A DNA stretch of 64,000 nt from an uncultured Verrucomicrobiae bacterium (GTDB lineage: Bacteria; Verrucomicrobiota; Verrucomicrobiia; Chthoniobacterales; UBA10450): NCBI GenBank assembly GCA_963735805.1, contig CAVTMK010000002.1:1376001-1440000 (forward strand). Direction: 5' to 3'. Positions 28,835 to 37,194 of this stretch are shown in pieces. Each line of letters begins with the position of its first letter. Position 1 is the stretch's first letter. A program made the position numbers and the translations under genes. The notes under the pieces are model-generated. The model searched no databases and was not told the origin of the DNA. It saw nothing but the letters and a program-made list of their open reading frames with translations.

Positions 28835-31669
28835 TTGCTGGAGATGAAAGGTGTCTCCCAATCTTTTGAAGCTGCGAGCGTTTCACCAGTAGCGCGGAAC
28901 GTAAACAGTTTCGGCGGCCCCTTTGATTGGCGACTGCCGGTGATCGGGTTTTGCGTGCTTGTTGGATATTATCTTGGCGCCAAAATTGGTTTTGCGCTCA
29001 CCTTTAAGCCGTATCCGGTTTCGGTCCTATGGCCTCCCAATTCGATCGTGATGGCAGCGCTTTTGCTAACGCCGCCGCGGATTTGGTGGTTCATCCTGCT
29101 TGCCGCTCTTCCGGCCCATTGCGCAGCGCAAATACAGAGTCACGTTCCGCCGCTGATGATTTTGTGCTGGTTCGTCAGTAACTCTTCGGAAGCTCTGATC
29201 GGCGCCGGCCTGACGCGCTACCTGGTACGTGGACCATTTCAATTCACAAGCCTTCGCAACGCGGCAATTTTTTGCCTCTGTGTAGTTTTCGCCGCTCCAT
29301 TTCTATCGTCCTTCCTGGATGCCGCGTTTGTAAGATGGAATGCCTGGGGGCAGGGCAGCTACTGGGAGCTGATCCGCATACGATTTTTTTCAAACGCTCT
29401 GGCGGCTTTAATCATCGTACCGTTGGTCGTAACGTGGGCGAGGAACGGAATTCTGGCCCTGCGAAGAGCTGGACGCGGCCGTTTGCTGGAGGCCGGCCTT
29501 ATGCTGCTGGGTCTCCTCTCGATTAGTTTACCTGTTCTTTATAATTTCGCACCGAGCAGGGATTCGGCTCTTCTCTTTCTTACCCTGCCGTTCCTGATTT
29601 GGGCAGCAACACGATTCGGCTCCCTGGGCGCGAGTACCGCTGTTTCAATCGTCGGCTTCCTGGCCATTTGGAGCGGATCCCACGGGCATGGGCCGTTCTC
29701 CGGTGGAACAGCCGAACAAAACACGCTTTCAATCCAAATATTTCTAATCGTCTTATCGATTCCAATGTTGTTCCTCGCTGCTGTGATCGAGGAACGCGCG
29801 ACTGGAGAAACCGAGCGGCGCGAAAGCGAGTCGCGTTTTCGGATCGTGGCGGATTCTGCGCCGGTCCTTATCTGGATGGCCGGTGTGGACAAACTCTGCA
29901 CTTTCTTCAACAAACCCTGGTTGCAGTTTACTGGCCGTAGTTTGGAGCAGGAAATGGGAAATGGCTGGGCCGAAGGCGTACACCCGGACGACTTACAGAG
30001 GTGTCTCAACATTTATATGGAGGCATTCGATGCGCGCAAAGCGTTTGTGATGCAATACCGGCTGCGACGTTGTGATGGCGAATATCGTTGGCTTTCGGAC
30101 CAGGGAGTTGCGCGCTATGACTCGAACGGAAAGTTTTCGGGATACATTGGCTCGTGCGTAGACGTCACAGACTTAATAAATAAGGATGAGGCCTTGCGCG
30201 AGTTCGAGGAACGAGTCGTTCTCGCAGCGGAGGCGACGCATCACGGAGTTTGGGAACTGGACACCGCTACGAACGAGCTCTGGATGTCTGATAAGGCGCG
30301 CTCCTTGTTTCAATTCGATTTGGAGGAGTGCGTCGACATGGCGATCGTTCAACGCCGTGTCCACCCGGAAGATCGTTTGCTTCGGGAGTCTGCCATAAGA
30401 AAAGCAATAGAAACCGAGGGTGATTACGCCCTTGAATATCGCCTCCTGTTACCCGATGGAAATCTTCGTTGGATCAGTGGGCATGGACGCTGCGTACCTG
30501 GGAAGTACGGCAAAGGCAAACGGCTCATCGGTGTTGCCGTGGACATCACGCCGGTGAAGGAGGCACAAGACTTGTTCCGTCTCGCCGCGGAAGGGTCGCA
30601 TTTGGGCGTCTGGCATTGGGATGAAATAGCGAAGACACTAACTTGGGACGGCGCAACTCGGGACATGTTCGGCGTTTCGACCGACGGAGAGATAACAATC
30701 GCCACATTTTATACAGCCTTGCATCCGGATGACGCAGAGCGAGTAAAACAGGCCTGGCGTCAGGCGCTCGAGTTACGGCTGCCATATCAAGTTGAATTCC
30801 GGACACAGAGAACGGACGGCACCATTCGCTGGGTCGATGCTCGTGGGCACGGGTACTACGATGAGGCAGGGAAACCGTTGTGGATGACTGGCGTGCTCTT
30901 CGACATCACTGATCGGAAAGAGGCGGAACTTCAGGCCCAGCAGAACCGGGAAGAACTGAGCCATCTGAGCCGAGTCGCGGCGATGGGGGAATTGACGGCA
31001 TCGATCGCCCATGAATTGAATCAGCCGCTCTCGGGTATAACGAGCAACGCTGCAGCTGGACAGCGCTTTATTGATCGCGGCAAAGTAGATCTTCGCGAAC
31101 TTCACGATCTGCTCGGTGACATCGTCGCTGACGGGCGCCGCGCCGGCGATGTGATTCGCGGCATCCAGGGTATGGTGAAAAAAGATGTCTCCGCCCACCG
31201 CCGAATTAATCTAAACGATATTGTAATCAGCGTGGTGCGCATGGTAAAACCAAGTGCCATGCTTCACTCCTGCGAGTTGGGTACTTTTCTGGACCCGGAT
31301 CTTCCCATGGTCGAAGGCGATCCGGTTCAGCTGCAACAAGTCTTGCTCAATCTCGTTATTAACGCGTTCGATGCGATGCACGACACGCCATTGAGCCGTC
31401 GCAAAGTGATAATCGCCACAGAGCGAGACGCCGATGGGGTCACTCGCGTTAGCGTGCGTGATTACGGAGTTGGTATTTCCGAGGAAGCGCGCCAGCGACT
31501 TTTCGAACACTTTTTCACCACAAAATCCAAGGGATTGGGAATGGGTCTCTCCATCGTGCGTTCAATCGTCGAATCACACGGCGGCACAATCGAGGCGGAA
31601 AATGCGGATGGCGGCGGCGCGCGCTTTCAGTTCACGATTCCAGCTGACCACCGAGAGGTGTTGGAATGA
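28835..31669 (+). CDS. MASE1 plus three PAS domains, sensor histidine kinase
   Basis: N-terminal MASE1 helices (VSVLWPPN), PAS/PAC repeats (VHPDD, VHPED, LHPDD), AHELNQPL and GLGMGL. Confidence 0.95.
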   Translation: MLEMKGVSQSFEAASVSPVARNVNSFGGPFDWRLPVIGFCVLVGYYLGAKIGFALTFKPYPVSVLWPPNSIVMAALLLTPPRIWWFILLAALPAHCAAQIQSHVPPLMILCWFVSNSSEALIGAGLTRYLVRGPFQFTSLRNAAIFCLCVVFAAPFLSSFLDAAFVRWNAWGQGSYWELIRIRFFSNALAALIIVPLVVTWARNGILALRRAGRGRLLEAGLMLLGLLSISLPVLYNFAPSRDSALLFLTLPFLIWAATRFGSLGASTAVSIVGFLAIWSGSHGHGPFSGGTAEQNTLSIQIFLIVLSIPMLFLAAVIEERATGETERRESESRFRIVADSAPVLIWMAGVDKLCTFFNKPWLQFTGRSLEQEMGNGWAEGVHPDDLQRCLNIYMEAFDARKAFVMQYRLRRCDGEYRWLSDQGVARYDSNGKFSGYIGSCVDVTDLINKDEALREFEERVVLAAEATHHGVWELDTATNELWMSDKARSLFQFDLEECVDMAIVQRRVHPEDRLLRESAIRKAIETEGDYALEYRLLLPDGNLRWISGHGRCVPGKYGKGKRLIGVAVDITPVKEAQDLFRLAAEGSHLGVWHWDEIAKTLTWDGATRDMFGVSTDGEITIATFYTALHPDDAERVKQAWRQALELRLPYQVEFRTQRTDGTIRWVDARGHGYYDEAGKPLWMTGVLFDITDRKEAELQAQQNREELSHLSRVAAMGELTASIAHELNQPLSGITSNAAAGQRFIDRGKVDLRELHDLLGDIVADGRRAGDVIRGIQGMVKKDVSAHRRINLNDIVISVVRMVKPSAMLHSCELGTFLDPDLPMVEGDPVQLQQVLLNLVINAFDAMHDTPLSRRKVIIATERDADGVTRVSVRDYGVGISEEARQRLFEHFFTTKSKGLGMGLSIVRSIVESHGGTIEAENADGGGARFQFTIPADHREVLE

Positions 31670-32295
31670 TCTCGTCAGACAACCTGGTATTCTTGATCGA
31701 CGACGATCCCTCAGTCCGAAAAGGTGTGTCTCGGCTATTGCGGTCGGCAGGCTATAAGAACGAAGCGTTTGAGTCAGCGTCCGACTTTCTTGCGCGAGAG
31801 CAACATCCCGGACCCACATGTGTCATTGTGGACGTGCGTATGCCAGGTCTCAACGGGATGGATCTGCAGGAAACTTTGATCGAGCGCCGCCGGGAGGAAC
31901 AGCTCATTTTTATTACCGGGCACGGCGACATCTCGATGTGCGCTCAGGCGATGAAGGCAGGCGCAGTCGATTTTCTTCCAAAGCCGTTTCGCGATGATGA
32001 GTTGCTTGGATGTGTTGAGCGTGCCCTGGCTCGGTCGGCCGAGCAACGGCGGCACAAGGCCGAAGAGAATGCAGCTCGGGCCCTTCTTGGTCTGCTGACG
32101 CCTCGCGAGCTTGAAGTGATGCAGCTTGTCGTTGCCGGCATGTTGAACAAACAGATTGCCGGAGAACTTGGCACCGCGGAAAAGACGGTAAAAGTTCATC
32201 GCGGCCGTGCGATGCGGAAGCTGAATGTTAGTTCCGTTGCGGAGCTAGTGAGGTTGACGGAAAAAGCGTGCCTCGCACCTGCGGCTAACGTCTAA
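31666..32295 (+). CDS. FixJ/NodW-type response regulator (receiver plus LuxR HTH)
   Basis: IDDDPSVR, DVRMPG, ITGHGD, AMKAGAVDFL, LTPRE...NKQIAGELGTAEKTVKVHR. Confidence 0.95.
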   Translation: MISSDNLVFLIDDDPSVRKGVSRLLRSAGYKNEAFESASDFLAREQHPGPTCVIVDVRMPGLNGMDLQETLIERRREEQLIFITGHGDISMCAQAMKAGAVDFLPKPFRDDELLGCVERALARSAEQRRHKAEENAARALLGLLTPRELEVMQLVVAGMLNKQIAGELGTAEKTVKVHRGRAMRKLNVSSVAELVRLTEKACLAPAANV

Positions 32296-32311
32296 GACTA
32301 AGGTCTCATAG
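32290..32311 (+). promoter_or_regulatory. 22-bp palindromic operator, copy 4, overlapping the stop codon of the FixJ-type gene
   Basis: GTCTAAGAC-TAAG-GTCTCATAG; TAATGT at 32333-32338 after a 21-nt gap. Confidence 0.7.
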
Positions 32312-32344
32312 CTTTAGCCCGAACGGCTGTTGTAATGTTAGGCC

Positions 32345-32729
32345 TTGCGAACCACCACTCATGCGTTTGTTGTTTGCCTGCTCGACGATGACCCCTCGGG
32401 TACTGAAGGGGTTGGGCCGTCTTTTCTTGTCTGCTGATCTGGACGCAAAAACATTTGACGATCCCAAGGAGTTCCTGGGCTATGCGCAGACTCATCGACC
32501 GGCGGTTGCGTTGATCGATGTTTGTATGCCCAAAATGAGCGGGTTGGAAGTTCAATCGCGGCTTGGTAAGATCTCGCCTTCAACGCGCGTCATTATCTTT
32601 ACGGGAAAGGACGATCCGCTGGTTCGTTCCGCCGCCTTAAACGCAGGAGCTTCAGCCTTTCTGACCAAACCGTTTAACGACGAAGAACTCCTCACTGTCA
32701 TAAGGCTTGCGCTCACATCGGTGAGATGA
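32345..32729 (+). CDS. Single-domain response regulator; +1 frameshift near 32399
   Basis: TTG 32345 gives MRTTTHAFVVCLLDDDPS, which joins VLKGLGRL...DVCMPKMSG...FLTKPF on removing one G. Confidence 0.85.
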
Positions 32730-33271
32730 AAATTTCGTTTCCAAAATATGGCATCGGCGAATTGCTAGCGCAGAACCGGCTTGCGACAGGAATTATTTCG
32801 TTTATCGCGATCGTTGTTTTTGCCGGCGTGTTCGGAAGTTACTTCCTTGGAAGTAAATTGTGGATGTTGATGATCGCCGTGCTTGGCATTGGCGGCATCG
32901 TGGTCTACTTCTGGGCAGCCCCAGCTATTTTTCTTAGGCAAAATAAGGTCGACGAAGTACCCAGCACTCCAATCGAGGAGGACATGCCGCAAATTACATC
33001 GCAGTGGGATTATCGGCCCAGAAAGCCAATTCGAGCATGGGCAGCTCTCGACAGCCCAAGCCCAGAAACGTCCGATCGCCTCAGCTCAGATTCTTTTGGC
33101 ACAAGTGAAAATGTTTGGTTGAATGACAATTCACTCGAAGGCGGAGCTCCGGCTTTTATTAACGACCCAAGCCAGGCTGATGAGCCGATAACTGAAGAGC
33201 TCCCGCAGACGACTGACTCGGTTCGTAGTACGCCGCCTGTCGACAATGCGAGCGTTTCGAGGTACGACTAA
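32726..33271 (+). CDS. Hypothetical protein with two TM helices and an acidic disordered tail
   Basis: ATGA overlap with the upstream receiver gene; hydrophobic N-terminal half. Confidence 0.55.
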   Translation: MKISFPKYGIGELLAQNRLATGIISFIAIVVFAGVFGSYFLGSKLWMLMIAVLGIGGIVVYFWAAPAIFLRQNKVDEVPSTPIEEDMPQITSQWDYRPRKPIRAWAALDSPSPETSDRLSSDSFGTSENVWLNDNSLEGGAPAFINDPSQADEPITEELPQTTDSVRSTPPVDNASVSRYD

Positions 33272-33281
33272 AGTCTTATAG
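33260..33281 (+). promoter_or_regulatory. 22-bp palindromic operator, copy 5
   Basis: AGGTACGAC-TAAA-GTCTTATAG; AATGCT at 33303-33308 after a 21-nt gap. Confidence 0.6.
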
Positions 33282-33384
33282 ACAATCCTCCCCCCGTGGC
33301 TGAATGCTGGCGGCAGATCAATAAGAAATCTTTAAGAGATAATTATTGCCAAACCAGCACTTATCAGTTATCAGGCCTACAATT

Positions 33385-34158
33385 ATGAAGACATTCTCTA
33401 TTTTAGCAACGGTCCTACTGGGATTTGTGACCGCCTCCGTGCAGGCCGGACCCCAGGAGCCCTACAAGCAAGTCGCCCCGCCACCGCCAGAACTTTGGGG
33501 AACTGGCTTTTACGGTGCGATCGACGCGGGAGCGAATATCTATCAAGACCGCGGCGGAACCAGAACGTTTACGGGTGACAACCGCATTAACGACCCAACC
33601 GATAGGGATTTTGATGCCACTCTGGAGGTCAACCCGAAGAATGACGTCGGTTTCTTTGGCGGCGTTAAGCTCGGTTACGTTTTCGGCACGGGCGTAGTTC
33701 GTCCCACGGTTGAAGGTGACTTCTTTTACAATGGCTTTCGCGGTGGCGCTAACTTCACCCTGAGGGACCGCTTTGACGACGTTCTAGCGCAGCGAAACGT
33801 GACCACCTGGATCAACACGGGCGCGTTTATGGCGAACTTCATCTTGAGATTTGCGCCTGGAAATCAACGATTCCAGCCGTATGCCGGCGCCGGGGTCGGA
33901 GTTTACTATGCCGAATCTGCAGGGGTCGAGGTCGTAGATCCCGTAACTGGTAGAGTCCCTGTAAACACTGGCGGAGGATCAAGTCATGCGGACCTGGCGT
34001 GGCAGATCATTGCCGGCTCAGATTACTATTGGACCCCGAAGTTGAGCACTTTTATTGAATACAAGTTCCTCGAATATACGAGCACCCAAATCAACACCAG
34101 AGATAATCGTGTTCTGGGACAACAGTTACTGGGCGCGGGTTTGCGGTTCCACTTCTAG
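33385..34158 (+). CDS. Outer-membrane beta-barrel protein (8-stranded OmpA/opacity-like)
   Basis: Signal peptide, GFYGAIDAGAN, PYAGAGVG, AWQIIAG and C-terminal GLRFHF. Confidence 0.85.
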   Translation: MKTFSILATVLLGFVTASVQAGPQEPYKQVAPPPPELWGTGFYGAIDAGANIYQDRGGTRTFTGDNRINDPTDRDFDATLEVNPKNDVGFFGGVKLGYVFGTGVVRPTVEGDFFYNGFRGGANFTLRDRFDDVLAQRNVTTWINTGAFMANFILRFAPGNQRFQPYAGAGVGVYYAESAGVEVVDPVTGRVPVNTGGGSSHADLAWQIIAGSDYYWTPKLSTFIEYKFLEYTSTQINTRDNRVLGQQLLGAGLRFHF

Positions 34159-34194
34159 AAAACAACATCGAATTTCTTCATTTGGTTAAGTCAG

Positions 34195-34226
34195 TCGGCC
34201 TCCCCTATCGGGAGGCCGATTTTTTT
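34195..34226 (+). terminator. Rho-independent terminator
   Basis: TCGGCCTCCC-ctatc-GGGAGGCCGA followed by seven T. Confidence 0.9.
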
Positions 34227-34252
34227 AGATCGTTATCGCCGGCAAAACGCCG

Positions 34253-34274
34253 CTGTAGTCCCAAAGTCCAATAG
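34253..34274 (+). promoter_or_regulatory. 22-bp palindromic operator, copy 6
   Basis: CTGTAGTCC-CAAA-GTCCAATAG between the terminator and the next gene; poor -10 match at the expected spacing. Confidence 0.6.
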
Positions 34275-34327
34275 ACGACAATCAAATTTTTCTCGGATTT
34301 CGGAACCGACGACCATAAGATCGGTTC

Positions 34328-35500
34328 ATGAAGATAAAATTCTTTTTCTTCGTGGCAGCACTGTTCGCAGCTGTCGTTGGTCTTCGGGCGGGTACGATGG
34401 AGCTCCAGCCGAAGGAAAGCGTACCGCCCACAATTACTCAGGGCGAGCGATGGCAATTTACGATCGCGGTGCCCGGCTGGCTATCGAGCTTCGATGGCAC
34501 GATCGGAGTACGCAATGTCAATGCAGATATCGATGTCCCCGTCACGGAAGTTCTGCAACACCTTGATATGATCTTCGCGGTCCGCGCACAGGCGCAAAAA
34601 GGTCCTTTCGGGATATTCGGTGAATTCCTTTACGTGGGCCTGTCCGATAACACGCAGGTTAATGGGTTAATCAACAACGTCCACGAGCAGGTTGATCCAT
34701 ACATGTTTGACGGTGGGTTAAGCTGGCGGCTCTTCAACCAGCCACGCTGGTCGCTCGACTTCGCTGCGGGCTCACATTACTCGAGCGTATATGAACGGCT
34801 CACTTTAAACAGCAACCCAGTCGCGATTCATCAGGCAAGCGAACAATTCGTTACCAACATCAGCGACGATTTGGTTGCCCGGCTTAACAATGACATTTCG
34901 AACAGTCATTTTCTTGCTGCGCTCGAAAGCACGATTGAGGCAGACATTGTCAGCGAGATCGACAAGCATAATTCGTTAGACCGCCACCAGCGTAGACCAA
35001 ATATTCCGATTGGTCCGTTAGGTGGGCGAATTAAAGAAGATGTCACGCAGGTGGTTCAAGATTTTATACGGGCGAAAGAAGCGGCTTTGCGGGTGCGCAT
35101 AGATGTCCTCCATCTGAGAGGAGCCGCTCGTCGCGCTGCCGTCGCTCGCGCAGTTAACGCCGCCGAGGTGCAACTCGCGACACAGCTCGCAGGTACGCTC
35201 TACGGGAAGCTGGACCAAACTATCGCGCGAGACGATTATTGGTTCGACCCTTATGTGGGGCTGCGTGGACGATATAATTTTAATAAAATGGTCTACACCG
35301 CCGTACGTGGCGAGATCGGAGGATTCGGAGTCGGTGCGGACTTGATGTGGCAGGTCGAGGGTGTAATCGGTATCAACATTACCCATTCTATCTTCACCGA
35401 GATCGGTTATCGCGCCCTTGCGGCCGACTTCGAGGACAATAATTTCGTTTTCGACGTGGTCCTGCACGGACCGCAAATCACGACCGGTATTACCTTCTGA
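34328..35500 (+). CDS. Outer-membrane beta-barrel protein with a large helical insertion
   Basis: WQFTIAVPGWL, WFDPYVGLRG, GEIGGFGVG, GYRAL and terminal GPQITTGITF. Confidence 0.8.
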   Translation: MKIKFFFFVAALFAAVVGLRAGTMELQPKESVPPTITQGERWQFTIAVPGWLSSFDGTIGVRNVNADIDVPVTEVLQHLDMIFAVRAQAQKGPFGIFGEFLYVGLSDNTQVNGLINNVHEQVDPYMFDGGLSWRLFNQPRWSLDFAAGSHYSSVYERLTLNSNPVAIHQASEQFVTNISDDLVARLNNDISNSHFLAALESTIEADIVSEIDKHNSLDRHQRRPNIPIGPLGGRIKEDVTQVVQDFIRAKEAALRVRIDVLHLRGAARRAAVARAVNAAEVQLATQLAGTLYGKLDQTIARDDYWFDPYVGLRGRYNFNKMVYTAVRGEIGGFGVGADLMWQVEGVIGINITHSIFTEIGYRALAADFEDNNFVFDVVLHGPQITTGITF

Positions 35501-35570
35501 GTGTTGTCAGGCCGGGGATTAATTGCTATTAAGGGTGTCAACGACAATTGCTGATAAGGAGCTTACCTCT

Positions 35571-36500
35571 ATGAGTCGATCAAGTTTGGTAAATCGCTTT
35601 CTTAAACAACTTCTGTTTGCAACGGTCTGCCTATCTGCACGAGCTCTTGTCGCTGGCACGGAGCCGTATGATTTCTCTAAGGAACCTCCGGCTCCGCCAC
35701 CACAGTCGTGGTGTGAAACACCTCCGACGCTCGAAATCCGCATCGGCGCCCCGGGGTGGTTGGCTGGGATATCCGGCGATAGTGGAGTACTTGGAGTAGC
35801 CAACTCATCCGACGTCAGTTTCTCCCAGCTTTTCAGGCATTTGACTCATGTCCCCATTGTGCTCAGCGCCGATCTTCACTATCAGCGATGGGAACTTTTT
35901 GGAGACGGTCAGTACATGGAGGTGGGTGCTTCTGCAACGTTACCCGGGTTACTTTTTACCAACGCGAATCTTCACCTTAAAGACGGGTTTGCTGAAGGTT
36001 TCCTTGGTTACCGACTAATCAATTGCAACAAAGCAACTCTCTCTGTTTTTGCGGGCGCCCGTTACAATTATGAAGGAATTAACCTAAGCATTTTCGATAA
36101 CGGCGATGCACGGATACCCATTCTTCGTGAGCTGCTCGGGCTTCCCAAAAAGCTGGATGCGCAAGGCTCGATTGATTGGGTCGATCCCGTGATCGGAGCC
36201 CGTGGAAAAGTCAAGATTTGGAAGGCTACATCCCTTTATGCCGAAGGCGACATTGGTGGATTCGATGCCAATTCCGACTCGGCTTTTGAGATCCATCGCC
36301 AGGGCCGGACGCTTGTGAAAACACCGATATCAAGCGAGGATTGGAGCTATCAGCTTCAAGGCGGGCTCGAATTTCAAATAAGCCGATGGTTCTGGACCCA
36401 GGTCGGCTGGCGCTGGTTGCGGACAGACTTTGTCTCTGGCGGCTTTACCAACAAGACCGACTTGAGTGGGCCCTTTGTCCAAGGCGGCGTGAATTTTTAA
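35571..36500 (+). CDS. Outer-membrane beta-barrel protein, same family as the upstream gene
   Basis: APGWL, WVDPVIGARG, GDIGGF and terminal GPFVQGGVNF. Confidence 0.8.
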   Translation: MSRSSLVNRFLKQLLFATVCLSARALVAGTEPYDFSKEPPAPPPQSWCETPPTLEIRIGAPGWLAGISGDSGVLGVANSSDVSFSQLFRHLTHVPIVLSADLHYQRWELFGDGQYMEVGASATLPGLLFTNANLHLKDGFAEGFLGYRLINCNKATLSVFAGARYNYEGINLSIFDNGDARIPILRELLGLPKKLDAQGSIDWVDPVIGARGKVKIWKATSLYAEGDIGGFDANSDSAFEIHRQGRTLVKTPISSEDWSYQLQGGLEFQISRWFWTQVGWRWLRTDFVSGGFTNKTDLSGPFVQGGVNF

Positions 36501-36581
36501 GTAACCTGAACGCTATGGGGAAAGCGCGTTTAAATGTAGACAAGATAGAACTGAGACCCTATTAAAGATCAGATTACAACC

Positions 36582-37019
36582 ATGAAACCACCAACTATCC
36601 TCTTTACCAGCAGCGCGGCTGCATGTGCAGCACTGCTATTATTTGCTTGCTCCACTACACAGACCAGTACGCAAAACAGAGAAAGCCTCCTGGCCGCTTC
36701 CGGTTTTAAGGTGATCACGCCTAAGACTACAGCCCAACAACAAAAGCTTCAAAACCTTCCGCCTGGCAAAGTCACCATGGTGCAAAAAGCCGGGAAAACC
36801 TATTACATCTTCCCAGATCCTGCCCACAACCAGGCCTATGTGGGTGGACCCAAGCAGTATCGGCAGTACCAACAACTCCGCGCTGACAACAAGCTTGCAA
36901 AGGAGAGTCTGGAATCAGCAGAAATGTACCAAGACGCGTCGATGCAGTGGAGCGTATGGGGCGGATGGGACGCAGGCTTGGGATCTTACGGGCCAATGGC
37001 AGGGCCGGGGTCGTATTGA
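36582..37019 (+). CDS. Hypothetical lipoprotein
   Basis: Lipobox LFAC; LLAASGFK...YIFPDP...YVG..QY.QYQ. Confidence 0.75.
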   Translation: MKPPTILFTSSAAACAALLLFACSTTQTSTQNRESLLAASGFKVITPKTTAQQQKLQNLPPGKVTMVQKAGKTYYIFPDPAHNQAYVGGPKQYRQYQQLRADNKLAKESLESAEMYQDASMQWSVWGGWDAGLGSYGPMAGPGSY

Positions 37020-37194
37020 CCTAAGCCGGATCGGTAGATTGGCCGGATCGCTGTCGCGCGCTCAGTCCGTAATGACGACGATGCCTGTTGGCTCGATCAG
37101 CGCCGCTACTGTTCTTTCGGCAGCTCGGTCGATGTGAAGCCGAGGTTTCTGGGGTGGTTGCTGCTCGTTATAGGTACCGGGCGTTCTGAAGTAA

